A stretch of 32,000 nucleotides of DNA from Thermodesulfobacteriota bacterium (GCA_026625185.1 CP113000.1:675622-707621), one strand, 5' to 3'; counted from the stretch's first letter, positions 1 through 9,097 are shown. The notes: generated by a model not told the origin, from the sequence alone. Numbers and translations are program-made.

Positions 1-94
1 CATCGCCGCCAAAATCACCAAAACAATTCCGGAAGTGGTAAGCGTCACCTACAACATCACCACCAAACCGACCTCAACGATTGAAGCGATTTAA
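1..94 (+). CDS. 3' end of an unidentified CDS (5' part outside the window)
   Basis: An open frame runs from the window edge to TAA at 92-94 (tail ...IAAKITKTIPEVVSVTYNITTKPTSTIEAI). It is followed about 100 nt later by a palindrome plus a T-run terminator. No family recognised. Confidence 0.3.
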   Translation, partial: IAAKITKTIPEVVSVTYNITTKPTSTIEAI

Positions 95-123
95 AACTGA
101 AATTTAAAATATTCTCATCTTGA

Positions 124-283
124 GAGGGGTTTCACGGACATTAAGGATTATGGGTTAAGTGAAAAGGGATTAAGTAAATCAGTGAATACGTAGGGGCACG
201 TTGCAACGTGCCCTTTTTTTCTTTGAATTTTACGGTCTGTATTACTTAATTTGTCAAGGGGAAAGATTGGACCCTCTATCTTC
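124..283. repeat. Direct repeat copy R1 (~150 bp), paired with 1545-1674
   Basis: Aligns by eye with 1545-1674. Shared blocks are ggacattaag...ggttaagtgaaaagggattaagtaaatcagtgaatacgt, a 20-nt palindrome plus T7, and atttgtcaagRggaaagattKgaccctcYatcttc. R1 carries small extra insertions. It ends 1-2 nt before the ATPase stop codon. Confidence 0.8.
194..220 (+). terminator. Rho-independent terminator-like element (perfect 20-nt palindrome + T7)
   Basis: gggcacgttgcaacgtgccc is its own reverse complement and is followed by ttttttt on the + strand, downstream of the partial CDS ending at 94. Confidence 0.6.
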
Positions 284-284
284 T

Positions 285-1439
285 CTAATCACTACTTATC
301 CTGTTTAAATCTGACAATGGAATAACCGTCACATTGCGACCCAAAGGATAAGACTCCTTGCCGGGGTAAAGAATCCATAGATGCTTTATTGATAAGTCTT
401 GTAATACCGCATTCATTGATCTGGTAACGGTTGGGGCCTGCGCGTATTTTACTCCGACGCCGTAAAGGCCGCCTTTTTTTTGGAACACCAGATCAATCTC
501 AGCAGCAGCGTGCACCCCCCAGAAAAAAGCTTCGTCTTCTGTTAAGCGGGCGGTTTTAATCGCCTCTTCTAACGCAAAGCCTTCCCAGGAGGCGCCAAGT
601 TTAGGATGCAAAAGGATATCTTTTTTCCCCTCCAAAGTAAACAGGGCGTGCAAGATACCGGAGTCGCGAAAATAAATCTTTGGCCTTTTGATGATTCTTT
701 TTTTGGTATTATAAAACCAGGGACGCAACTGACGGACCATGAAGGTTCCGGAAAGCAGATCAAGATACCTTTGCGCAGTGTGGTCAGATATACCCAGACT
801 TTTGCCTATTTCTGAGGCATTGAATATTTGGCCGTGATAATGCGCAAGCATTCTCCAAAAACGGCCTAATGATCTGGCAGGTATATTAATTCCCAATTGC
901 GGAATATCCCGTTCTAAAAAAGTTGCAATAAAGTCCTGGCGCCATTGATAGGAAGCCGCTTCGCTTGAGGAGAGAAAGGATCTGGGGAAGGTTCCCCGGA
1001 TCCATAGTTTTTCCGCTTTTTCGGGGCCCAGTAACGAAAGGGAAAACCCGCCGATTTCCGCGTAACTGATCCGGCCGGCAAGCGATTCGGAAGACTGCCT
1101 GATTAAGTCCCGGGAGGCGCTTCCCAGAATCAGATATTTTACCTTTTTCTGGCGGTCGGCCAGAACACGGAGCACCGGAAAAAGATCGGGTGATCGTTGG
1201 ATTTCGTCGATGATAACGAGACCATCAACGTTTCCCAAGGCCAGCAAAGGTTCCTGCAGCCGCTGGGTGTCGCGGGGACTTTCAAGGTCAAAAACAGTGA
1301 CCTGTTTCGGCCATTGCGAAGAAAACTGACGGGCAAGGGTGGTTTTACCGCATTGTCGCGGCCCCAAGATCGCAACAATCGGGTTATTTCTGAGGAGGCG
1401 GTTTAATAGCGCAATCTCTGCGGTTCTTTGTATCTGCAT
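285..1439 (-). CDS. AAA+ ATPase, DUF4143/AAA_14-type ATP-binding protein
   Basis: 384-aa ORF. Walker A is GPRQCGKTT near the N-terminus and Walker B-like is LVIIDEIQ. Length and C-terminal half are typical of the COG1373/DUF4143 family (recalled signature). Confidence 0.8.
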   Translation of the reverse strand: MQIQRTAEIALLNRLLRNNPIVAILGPRQCGKTTLARQFSSQWPKQVTVFDLESPRDTQRLQEPLLALGNVDGLVIIDEIQRSPDLFPVLRVLADRQKKVKYLILGSASRDLIRQSSESLAGRISYAEIGGFSLSLLGPEKAEKLWIRGTFPRSFLSSSEAASYQWRQDFIATFLERDIPQLGINIPARSLGRFWRMLAHYHGQIFNASEIGKSLGISDHTAQRYLDLLSGTFMVRQLRPWFYNTKKRIIKRPKIYFRDSGILHALFTLEGKKDILLHPKLGASWEGFALEEAIKTARLTEDEAFFWGVHAAAEIDLVFQKKGGLYGVGVKYAQAPTVTRSMNAVLQDLSIKHLWILYPGKESYPLGRNVTVIPLSDLNRISSD

Positions 1440-1544
1440 GACAAGAGCATATCATGAAATTTCGATATGTCAAGTCGAATTTTCATAATCCAAGGCCGGG
1501 CATTATTCTTTTATCTCCTCTCCCCGCTGGGGAGAGGATAAAGG

Positions 1545-1674
1545 TGAGGGGTGACACGGACATTAAGGGTTAAGTGAAAAGGGATTAAGTAAATCAGTGA
1601 ATACGTGGGGGCGCGTTGCAACGCGCCCTTTTTTTGTTCATTTGTCAAGAGGAAAGATTTGACCCTCCATCTTC
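1545..1674. repeat. Direct repeat copy R2, paired with 124-283
   Basis: Same blocks as R1. The palindrome here is gggcgcgttgcaacgcgccc (1609-1628) followed by T7. There is no + strand gene upstream that it could terminate. Confidence 0.8.
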
Positions 1675-1840
1675 GAGTCCTGCGCCCAATCAGGCACCTC
1701 TCGGTATCGGTAATCACGAGGCACAAATGGAAGAACTTTCATCATATTCCAGCGCTCTCATCCTTTATAGTGATCCGCAAAACCTCACTGCTAAGAATGT
1801 TATAATGTTATGGACGTCCCCCATGTTTCTTCTGGTTGAT

Positions 1841-2948
1841 GGTGAATTCAAATTGCAAGTGCACCACGAGCTGCATTCCAGAACACTTCATAGGGTGTCC
1901 GGTAGTTGAGAGATTTTCTTGGCCGATTATTAAGCCTTTTAACAGCACGAGAAATATCACGTTCGGTAATTTTTCTCATGTAAGTTCCTTTCGGAAAATA
2001 CTGCCGCAGTAATCCGTTGGTGTTTTCATTGGCTCCTCGCTGCCATGCAGCATAAGGATCGGCAAAGTAAATACTGAGTTTGGTTTTTTCCTCAAGTTCT
2101 TTAAATTGGGCAAACTCTGTTCCATTATCTACCGTTAAAGTTTGCCGCATTATTCCAGGAATGCGCCTGAAAATTTGAGTGCTTTTATCTGTCAATGTCG
2201 TAGCTTTCTTATTTTCCAGCTTGCCAGCCAAAAGGTAGCGGCTCTTGCGTTCGACTAACGTCGCGATATAGCCACTGCTTTTTTTGCCTTCGATCGTATC
2301 GCCCTCCCAGTCTCCAAATCGTTTTCTCCCTTCCACGATTTCAGGTCGTTGAGCAATTCTCTTGCGCCCGGCAAGAAACCGCCTTCCCAAACCATACCGT
2401 TTCTGGCGCCGTCGCCTTTTCCTCCCCCGCCGCAGGTTTAGATAAAGCTTGCCATTAACCTTCGCATCCTTATAAATCCAGCGATAAATTGTCTCATGGC
2501 ACACTCGCATCGTCTCATCATCAGGATAATTAATCCGCATATAATCGCTTATCTCCTCTGGAGACCATTGCAGATTCAGTTTTGTTTTTACATAATCAAC
2601 AAGGCGCTCGTTGCCCTCCCGACGATAATGCCTGGCCTGATGCCGTCGTTTTAGAGCTACCGGATGCGTCCAGTCATACCAATAAACAGTGCAATCATAT
2701 TCCGGCCCGTTGCGTTTAAGTTCACGACTGACCGTGCTGTGATCTCGGTTTATCCGGCGGGCAATTTCTCGTTTACTAAATCCAGCCACATTTAAATGGC
2801 TGATGACATATCGTTCGTTTTCTGTTAAATGTATATATGACATGGCAGGCTCTTTCTGGTTGCGAGTTGGTCGTTCTTCTCAACATACCAGAATTCCTGT
2901 CATGTCGCATGCTTTTCTCAAATGGTGCACTTTGAAGTTGATTCTACC
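1841..2948 (-). mobile_element. IS30-family insertion sequence, apparently intact (1108 bp)
   Basis: Left end is GGTGAATTCAAATTGCAAGTGCACCA (1841-1866). The reverse complement of the right end is GGTAGAATCAACTTCAAAGTGCACCA (2923-2948), matching at 20 of 26 positions. It is flanked by a 3-bp direct repeat GAT (1838-1840 and 2949-2951). There is a single transposase ORF whose stop lies inside the left IR. Confidence 0.8.
1848..2843 (-). CDS. IS30-family DDE transposase
   Basis: 331 aa. The N-terminal HTH is GFSKREIARRINRDHSTVSRELKRN. The catalytic region contains GDWEGDTI ... TVDNGTEF ... ENTNGLLRQYFPKG, typical of IS30 transposases. Confidence 0.92.
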   Translation of the reverse strand: MSYIHLTENERYVISHLNVAGFSKREIARRINRDHSTVSRELKRNGPEYDCTVYWYDWTHPVALKRRHQARHYRREGNERLVDYVKTKLNLQWSPEEISDYMRINYPDDETMRVCHETIYRWIYKDAKVNGKLYLNLRRGRKRRRRQKRYGLGRRFLAGRKRIAQRPEIVEGRKRFGDWEGDTIEGKKSSGYIATLVERKSRYLLAGKLENKKATTLTDKSTQIFRRIPGIMRQTLTVDNGTEFAQFKELEEKTKLSIYFADPYAAWQRGANENTNGLLRQYFPKGTYMRKITERDISRAVKRLNNRPRKSLNYRTPYEVFWNAARGALAI

Positions 2949-3130
2949 GATCTTGTTTTTCTGCGCATCCCATTCAAAACGTATGGCTTTCATAATTATA
3001 TTATAATTTTAAAAAAAATTACAATTTTTTTATTGAAATAAAAAAAAGACCCATTGCCTTTATAGCAGGCAATCAGGCCCTGTTTTATGCTCATTCGTTG
3101 TTTTTTACCCCTCGAACCCATCTTGATCAG

Positions 3131-3196
3131 AATTTCCTTTTTTTGGTCAATAATTCTTTTTGTTTTTAGCCGGGTGGAGGGAAAAAGTCAAGGAAT
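3131..3196. repeat. Composite dispersed repeat, copy 1 (core ggtcaataattctttttgttttt...agccgg...aaaagtcaag)
   Basis: The 23-nt exact core at 3145-3167 is identical to 4275-4297. The flanks are similar by eye over about 65 bp. An upstream module (ggccYtg...cattcg...ccctc) recurs at about 3071-3130, 3928-3990 and 4193-4255. Confidence 0.7.
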
Positions 3197-3204
3197 TTAA
3201 ACAA

Positions 3205-3332
3205 GGAACGAGGTTCGAGGAACGAGGAACGAGGATAAAAAAATTAAGGGTTAAGGGTTAAAGGATAAAAAACATGAAAAGGTGCGAGGAACGAGGTTCG
3301 AGGCACGAGGACGAGGAGCGAGGGGCGAGGAA
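3205..3332. repeat. Heptamer microsatellite blocks (NNcgagg units, ttaaggg units)
   Basis: Block 3205-3235 is ggaacgaggttcgaggaacgaggaacgagga. Block 3244-3264 is ttaagggttaagggttaaagg. Block 3284-3332 has seven further cgagg-containing ~7-nt units. Confidence 0.8.
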
Positions 3333-3533
3333 TAAAGATTTAAGATTTTAATGGAAAAATACTAAAAAAAAAAAGCACCCGACAAAAGGGGGATTTTAAC
3401 AAATCAAAATTATCGCTGAAGTCATTAGATGGGTATCCATTTGATTTTTCGCCTATAAAGGTTTTTACTATTATTGTAAGCAAAAAAAAAATTTTCCATT
3501 TGGCTAGAAGGCTTGGCCGGAAAGGATAAGACT

Positions 3534-3866
3534 ATGATCCAGGAGACAATTGCCAAAATTGAAGCAAAGATCAAAGAGGCGCCTTCCTTAACAGGCGAGA
3601 AAAAGGGAGAATTATTGAATCTCCTTTCCACCTTGGAAACCGAGGTCTCCGAATTATCCAAGACTCACCCTGAACACACTCAGAGTATTACCGGCTTTGC
3701 CGAAGTTTCGCTTCACGAGGCGATACGCAGGGAGAAGAATCCACAACTTTTAAAACTTTCTTTAAAGGGTCTCTCTTCCTCTGTGGAAGGGTTTGAGAGT
3801 TCCCATCCTAAACTGGTGGGAATTGTCAATTCCCTTTGTCTTACCCTTTCAAACATCGGCGTTTGA
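3534..3866 (+). CDS. DUF4404-family protein
   Basis: The C-terminal motif FESSHPKLVGIVNSLCLTLSNIGV and the helical N-terminal half match my recollection of DUF4404 (E.F..sHP.l......i...LsnmGI). I place the start at ATG 3534, which is M8 of the track ORF (that ORF begins at a TTG), preceded by aaaggataag. Confidence 0.6.
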   Translation: MIQETIAKIEAKIKEAPSLTGEKKGELLNLLSTLETEVSELSKTHPEHTQSITGFAEVSLHEAIRREKNPQLLKLSLKGLSSSVEGFESSHPKLVGIVNSLCLTLSNIGV

Positions 3867-4060
3867 AGGAGGTTACCGACCGGCTTCCTCCGTGGCTAAG
3901 CCATCAAAGTAAAAAATGCCTATCACCCTGGTAATCCGGCCTTGTTCTCTGTTCATTCGTTTTTTGATTTTTCCCCTCAAAGCTATTTTAATTATATTTT
4001 TTAATTCGGTTCAATTGGCGGGAGGGGCGAACACGGTTCGCCCCTGAAAAAACAAATCTT

Positions 4061-4162
4061 TTATTTGCCTGTTTTTTTTGATTTTTTCGCCTGCCGTTTT
4101 TCTTTTAAGGTTTTCGTCGGTTGTTTTTTTGCAGCTTTCTTCGTATCCTGACATTTTGCCAT
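4061..4162 (-). CDS. Small Lys-rich basic protein, 33 aa (below the ORF-track cutoff)
   Basis: Minus strand reads acaAGAAGGAGGAacgatATG, a strong SD with a 5-nt spacer. The product is MAKCQDTKKAAKKQPTKTLKEKRQAKKSKKTGK*. A GC hairpin (ggggcgaac/gttcgcccc, ~4023-4045) lies just downstream. Confidence 0.4.
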   Translation of the reverse strand: MAKCQDTKKAAKKQPTKTLKEKRQAKKSKKTGK

Positions 4163-4260
4163 ATCGTTCCTCCTTCTTGTTCTTTATAATCCGCCAATGC
4201 GGCCTTGATTAATTTCTATTCGGCTTACTTTCCTCTCAGCCATTTCAAAAAAATTCCTTT

Positions 4261-4325
4261 TTACCGGTCAATAATTCTTTTTGTTTTTTAGCCGGTTTGG
4301 GGGGAAAAGTCAAGAAGAATAAATA
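4261..4325. repeat. Composite dispersed repeat, copy 3
   Basis: Shares the 23-nt exact core (4275-4297) and flanks with 3131-3196. It is followed by purine-rich low-complexity sequence (gaactaagaactaagagcc), analogous to the heptamer blocks after copy 1. Confidence 0.7.
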
Positions 4326-4491
4326 AGTTTAAAGTGTTACGTTTTAAGGGGTAGGGGAAAAATAAAAAGCCAGAAATAACGAACTAAGAACTAAGAGCCA
4401 AAAGCCGGGCGGGCGACGAGCAGGCGTTTGTCAACAATAAGTCCACGTTTGATAAGGCGGCCAAGCTTGTTCTTCAAAAGATAAAGGGAGC

Positions 4492-5136
4492 TTATGAGCT
4501 TTCTATCAGCCGGTGGGAGGTGAAGATGGTAAGACCATAGATGATATCGAGGGGGAGGAATTCCTGAATGGTGGGATCAAAAAGAATTTTTACTGAGGCC
4601 GGGAATTCTTCGTCTTCTATCCAGAGCACATAAGTAATTGGGATTTTAGGCGCTGCCTTTAACTCAATCGCCGCATCACCCAAAAAAATCTTTTCCCCCT
4701 TGAGCTTTAATCCCGCCGCCAGAAATCCGTCCGGGTTATTTCCGAACTTTTTGCTTATTCCTTGCGTTGATAGAGCGTGAGGGCCGCGGAAAAACATCTC
4801 ACCGCCCTTGAGCTCTTTTTCTGAAACCGGTTTCCCCTTAAGTGATATGTTTTTGGTTCCCAAGAGGTAGTGGAGGAGAAAGAGGGTGAGTTCAACCCGG
4901 AATTTTTCTGGCGAAGCATCACCTTCCGTGAGTTTTGTTATCTTTTTATCTTTTGGACAAACACCATAAACTTCATCGAGCACCGGAATAAGGTAATGCC
5001 CTTGTTTTGGGTCAAAGGAAACGCCGCAGTTCCGGCTGATAGTTTCCGGATCGGCTTTTTGTAAAGCCCCCCAAAGTTCATCATCCACGATGAAGTGCCG
5101 GGGAATTTCTTCGTATTGATTAAAAGTGGCGCTCAT
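4492..5136 (-). CDS. DUF3786 domain-containing protein
   Basis: Contains LHYLL, an FRGPHAL segment, and the C-terminal motif YVLWIEDEEFPASVKILFDPT...L, as I recall for DUF3786. The start is set at ATG M28 (MSATFNQ...); the track ORF begins at an upstream TTG, so the start is uncertain. Confidence 0.55.
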   Translation of the reverse strand: MSATFNQYEEIPRHFIVDDELWGALQKADPETISRNCGVSFDPKQGHYLIPVLDEVYGVCPKDKKITKLTEGDASPEKFRVELTLFLLHYLLGTKNISLKGKPVSEKELKGGEMFFRGPHALSTQGISKKFGNNPDGFLAAGLKLKGEKIFLGDAAIELKAAPKIPITYVLWIEDEEFPASVKILFDPTIQEFLPLDIIYGLTIFTSHRLIESS

Positions 5137-5340
5137 ATCTTGAAAATCCTGTTTGCCTTTCCGTTGCAGGCGTGCCTGCTGGGTGATTTTTATAGCATTT
5201 TCAAGCAGGTAAATCAAGCCGGAGTTTTATTTTTTTTCGCAAAGCCTTGAAAAGAAGAGGCAAAGGTGACACAATGCGGGGAGAATAATAAAACTTAAAA
5301 CTCATCCGGAAGCTATTATCAGTCAAGGTAATCAACGTAC

Positions 5341-8175
5341 ATGAGTAATGCGATCGTTATCAAAGGAGCGCGACAGCACAACCTGAAAAATATTGATCTG
5401 GAAATCCCGCGGGACAAGCTGGTGGTGATCACCGGCTTGAGCGGGTCAGGGAAGTCATCGCTGGCGTTTGATACCATTTACGCGGAAGGGCAGCGCCGCT
5501 ACGTTGAGTCTCTGTCTGCCTACGCCCGGCAGTTTTTAGAGCAAATGGATAAACCGGACGTGGATGCGATTGAAGGTCTTTCGCCGGCAATCTCCATTGA
5601 ACAAAAAGGAATCAGCCGAAATCCGCGCTCCACCGTGGGAACGGTTACCGAGATTTATGACTATCTCCGCCTTCTTTTTGCCCGGGTCGGACGGCCGCAT
5701 TGTTATCAATGCGGTCAGGAGATAAGTTCCCAAACCATACCCCAAATAGTGGATCAGATAATGGAGTTTCCTCCTCAAAGCAAAATCATCATTCTGGCGC
5801 CGATTATTCGGGGTAAAAAAGGCGAGTTCCGGAAAGATTTGGAACAGCTTCGCAAGAAAGGGTTTGTACGCGCCCGGATCGATGGAGCGCCAAGGGAGTT
5901 GGATGAAGAGATCGTTTTGGATAAAAACAAAAAACACCAGATTGAGGTGGTGGTGGATCGGCTGAGCGTCAAGGAAAAAATTGAGAAGCGGCTTTCGGAT
6001 TCCTTAGAGACAGCACTCACGTTAAGCGGTGGGATTGTAAAAATTGAAGATCAGGACGGAGAAGGAAAAATTTTTAGCGAAAAATTTGCCTGCATTGACT
6101 GCGGGGTAAGTTATTCAGAGATCACGCCCCGGATGTTTTCCTTCAACAGTCCGTATGGCGCGTGTCCGGAGTGCGGCGGGTTAGGAAACAAGCTTTTCCT
6201 TGACCCGGAGCTTATTGCTCCCAATCCGGAACTTTCTATCCGTGAAGGCGCGCTTGATCCCTGGGCAAAAAGAAATTCAGTTTACTTTCATCAGATTTTG
6301 GATGCGTTAAGCGAACATTACCAGTTTGACATCTACACCCCTTTTAAAAAACTCCCCGACCAAATAAAACACGTTCTTCTTTACGGTTCAGGGGAGGAAA
6401 AGATTAAGTTTTACTATGATGATGAAGACCGGCGTCATTTTTTCTTTCGCCCGTTTGAAGGGATAATCCCCAACCTTGATCGCCGCTTTAAGGAAACCAA
6501 CTCCGACTTGATCCGGGAAGAAATCGAACGGTATATGAATATCCATCCGTGTCCGGTTTGCCAGGGAAGCAGGCTTAAGCCCGAAAGCCTATTTGTGAAG
6601 CTGAGCGGAAAATCGATTTATGAGGTCAGTTCTCTGTCGATCACCCAGGCGCTTTATTTTTTTGAAAGTTTGAAACTTGATTCCCGGGAAAAGGCGATTG
6701 CCCACCCCATTCTCAAAGAAATATTGGCCCGGCTTAAGTTCATGACGGATATGGGGCTTGATTATCTCACATTGCATCGGTCCTCAGCAACTCTTTCCGG
6801 AGGCGAAGGACAGCGGATTCGTTTGGCCACGCAGATCGGCTCCGGGCTCATGGGAGTGTTGTACATTCTTGATGAGCCGAGCATCGGCCTTCATCAACGG
6901 GATAACAATAAGCTGATTAATAATCTTAAAAGACTGCGGGACCTCGGTAATACTGTTTTAGTGGTGGAGCACGATGAAAACACGATTGTAGCGGCCGACC
7001 AGGTGATTGATATGGGCCCGGGCGCGGGAGTCAATGGCGGCGAGGTAGTCTTTAGCGGCACGCCCCAACAATTAATGGGGTGCGAGAATTCTCTCACCGG
7101 TCAATACCTCTCAGGAAGCCGTTTGATAACGGTTCCCCAAAAAAGGCGTTGCCCTGATAACCGTTTTTTTACCATCAAGGGAGCGCGTGAAAACAATCTA
7201 AAAGATTTAGAGGTGCGATTTCCGGTCGGGATTTTGATCTGTGTTACCGGAGTCTCCGGTTCAGGGAAAAGCACTCTTATCATTGACACACTCTACCGCG
7301 CGTTGGCGCAAAAATTCTGCCAGAGTAAAGGACGGCCGGGAAAATTCCTCGCGCTTGAAGGACTGGAATATATTGATAAGGTTATTGACATTGACCAGAG
7401 CCCTATTGGCCGGACGCCGCGATCCAATCCCGCGACCTATACCGGCGCTTTTACCTTTATCCGGGAACTTTTTGCCGTTACTCCCGAGGCCAAGGTCCGC
7501 GGTTATAAGGCGGGCCGTTTCAGCTTTAATGTCAAAGGAGGCCGGTGCGAAGCGTGTTGCGGCGATGGACTGATAAAGATCGAGATGCACTTTCTTCCTG
7601 ATGTGTATGTGACCTGCGATGAATGCAAAGGAAAACGGTATAACCGGGACACTCTGGAAGTAGTGTATAAAGGGAAAAGCATCGCTGAGGTTCTGGATAT
7701 GACCGTATCACAGGCGTTAGATTTTTTTTCCCCTATCCCCCGGATAAGGGAAAAGCTCCAAACCCTCACTGAGGTGGGGCTGGGATATATCACGCTCGGG
7801 CAGTCGGCGCCGACACTTTCGGGTGGTGAAGCCCAGCGAATTAAACTTTCGCGTGAATTGAGCAAACGGAGCACCGGCCGAACTCTTTATCTGCTTGATG
7901 AGCCGACCACCGGCCTTCACTTTGCGGATGTTCAGAATCTGTTAGAGGTCCTTAATCGCCTCACGGACCGGGGAAATACGATTATCATCATTGAGCATAA
8001 TTTGGAGGTCATCAAAACCGCGGACTATGTTATTGACTTGGGGCCGGAAGGGGGAGATAAGGGGGGCTATTTGGTGGCCTGTGGGACTCCGGAAGAGGTC
8101 ATTCAAAACCAAAATTCTTATACCGGTAACTACTTAAAATCCCTTCTCGAAAAACAAGCAGGTAAAAAAAATTAA
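5341..8175 (+). CDS. uvrA: Excinuclease ABC subunit A
   Basis: 944 aa. There are two ABC modules (GLSGSGKSS / LSGGEGQR / LDEPS and GVSGSGKST / LSGGEAQR / LDEPT) and zinc-finger Cys pairs (CIDCG...[14 protein letters not shown]...CDECKG). Confidence 0.97.
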   Translation: MSNAIVIKGARQHNLKNIDLEIPRDKLVVITGLSGSGKSSLAFDTIYAEGQRRYVESLSAYARQFLEQMDKPDVDAIEGLSPAISIEQKGISRNPRSTVGTVTEIYDYLRLLFARVGRPHCYQCGQEISSQTIPQIVDQIMEFPPQSKIIILAPIIRGKKGEFRKDLEQLRKKGFVRARIDGAPRELDEEIVLDKNKKHQIEVVVDRLSVKEKIEKRLSDSLETALTLSGGIVKIEDQDGEGKIFSEKFACIDCGVSYSEITPRMFSFNSPYGACPECGGLGNKLFLDPELIAPNPELSIREGALDPWAKRNSVYFHQILDALSEHYQFDIYTPFKKLPDQIKHVLLYGSGEEKIKFYYDDEDRRHFFFRPFEGIIPNLDRRFKETNSDLIREEIERYMNIHPCPVCQGSRLKPESLFVKLSGKSIYEVSSLSITQALYFFESLKLDSREKAIAHPILKEILARLKFMTDMGLDYLTLHRSSATLSGGEGQRIRLATQIGSGLMGVLYILDEPSIGLHQRDNNKLINNLKRLRDLGNTVLVVEHDENTIVAADQVIDMGPGAGVNGGEVVFSGTPQQLMGCENSLTGQYLSGSRLITVPQKRRCPDNRFFTIKGARENNLKDLEVRFPVGILICVTGVSGSGKSTLIIDTLYRALAQKFCQSKGRPGKFLALEGLEYIDKVIDIDQSPIGRTPRSNPATYTGAFTFIRELFAVTPEAKVRGYKAGRFSFNVKGGRCEACCGDGLIKIEMHFLPDVYVTCDECKGKRYNRDTLEVVYKGKSIAEVLDMTVSQALDFFSPIPRIREKLQTLTEVGLGYITLGQSAPTLSGGEAQRIKLSRELSKRSTGRTLYLLDEPTTGLHFADVQNLLEVLNRLTDRGNTIIIIEHNLEVIKTADYVIDLGPEGGDKGGYLVACGTPEEVIQNQNSYTGNYLKSLLEKQAGKKN

Positions 8176-8228
8176 CTTTAAAAAATCCCCGCAATCCTCC
8201 TTTTCTCACGGGTGAGGGAAAAGGCATC

Positions 8229-8249
8229 CTCCCCTTTGATAAAGGGGAG
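8229..8249. terminator. Stem-loop between convergent uvrA and the cytochrome gene (possible bidirectional terminator or repeat element)
   Basis: ctcccctttgataaaggggag forms a 9-bp stem with a 3-nt loop. A second imperfect hairpin (ccttttctcac...gtgagggaaaagg) lies just upstream at ~8198-8224. Confidence 0.4.
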
Positions 8250-8263
8250 TAAGAGGGGTTTTA

Positions 8264-8815
8264 TTATGGCTTATGTTTTACCATCTCAATCATTTTTTTA
8301 TAATCGAATCCTTTGTTAAACGGATTGTCGGCATTATGACAGGTAATGCAAACCCGCTCAGTAGGCTCGGTTAACCCGGCCTCCAGAGCCATTTTATGCT
8401 GACCTGCTCGGTTTTCTTGGTATTTTTTCTTACTCATGATGGCGGGGCTTCTATATTTGCTTCCCGGGCCATGGCACGATTCGCAACCAACATTCGTTAA
8501 ATCAGCGCCAGGCGCAGCCGGTTTACCGGATCCGACACTATGGCAGACAAGACACGAGGCATCAGTAGTATAATCCTTTTTGGGGTCAAGTTTCGCTCTG
8601 ATCTTAGCATCGCCCTTGTTACCCGGCTTTAAATTATCCAACGCACGGGAATGAGAATCTTTTTGCCAGGATTGAAATTCAGCCCGATGACAAGCGATGC
8701 ATTTTTTATTTCCCACATAGAGTAATTGATCGGCCGCCACTTTGGGGAGGTGGACTAATAGAAATAAAAGCATAATCACGATTAGGGGTAAAATTGCCAT
8801 ACCGGCTTTTTTCAT
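8264..8815 (-). CDS. Tetrahaem c-type cytochrome, secreted
   Basis: There are four CXXCH motifs (CIACH, CLVCH, CESCH, CITCH). The signal-anchor is MKKAGMAILPLIVIMLLFLLV. The start is set at ATG 8815 (M42 of the track ORF), 6 nt after AAGGAG. Confidence 0.85.
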   Translation of the reverse strand: MKKAGMAILPLIVIMLLFLLVHLPKVAADQLLYVGNKKCIACHRAEFQSWQKDSHSRALDNLKPGNKGDAKIRAKLDPKKDYTTDASCLVCHSVGSGKPAAPGADLTNVGCESCHGPGSKYRSPAIMSKKKYQENRAGQHKMALEAGLTEPTERVCITCHNADNPFNKGFDYKKMIEMVKHKP

Positions 8816-9097
8816 GGTCATCTCCTTTTTTAGAAAGATTTTAAAGGCATAAATCTTTCTTAATGAGTTATTTTTCCGACTCCATCGCTCAGGACGGGTT
8901 TTTGAACTCCATACGCAGCTCCTTGTGATGGCAAACAAGAGAAAAATATTCTTTTATTTTGTTTTTGGCAAGACTTCTTGCGTGGTGTGAGAAAAACATA
9001 AGACATTTTATGGGGAACAGCCTATAATTTTGTTTGATACTCTTCATTTGATTATTTTGGTTGATCTATTAACCGTTAGCATATAAAAAACATTATT

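Larger units (their letters stand above)
1808..2993 (-). pseudogene. BrnT/DUF497-like toxin gene remnant split by the IS30 element (fragments 2949-2993 and 1808-1840)
   Basis: Removing the IS and one GAT copy gives the minus-strand reading MKAIRFEWDAQKNKINQKKHGGRP*. The FEWD..K...N..KHG N-terminal signature of DUF497/BrnT toxins is present. The frame stops after 24 codons and the downstream sequence is not recognisably BrnT. Confidence 0.5.

Noticed and set aside
3205-3332. Short tandem repeats considered as a possible CRISPR array
   Set aside because: The units are ~7 nt and directly abutting, with no 25-40-nt repeats separated by unique spacers. No cas genes are present in the window.
3425-3661. 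78-aa minus-strand ORF overlapping the DUF4404 gene start
   Set aside because: It is antisense to a gene with a recognisable family motif, extends into low-complexity intergenic DNA, and has no SD sequence.
5536-7920. Several 60-130-aa ORFs on both strands inside uvrA (e.g. 5536-5937, 7241-7573, 7503-7874)
   Set aside because: They are fully nested in, or antisense to, a high-confidence 944-aa gene. They have low-complexity, Arg/Ser/Pro-rich translations and no start-site signals, so they are treated as frame shadows.
8816-8938. N-terminal extensions of track ORFs (cytochrome c 8816-8938, CMD 14594-14707, znuA 10909-10956, DUF3786 5137-5217, partner protein 29685-29765)
   Set aside because: The extensions start at non-ATG codons or lack SD sequences, and they precede obvious signal peptides or better-placed ATG/SD pairs. 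In the last case the extension overlaps the preceding TSUP-B gene. Shorter starts were adopted.
8966-8981. TGGCAA-N6-TTGCG upstream of the precorrin-2 dehydrogenase gene, resembling a sigma-54 promoter
   Set aside because: The GG to GC spacing is one nucleotide too long (13 instead of 12), and sigma-54 promoters tolerate spacing changes poorly. It is kept only as a near miss.
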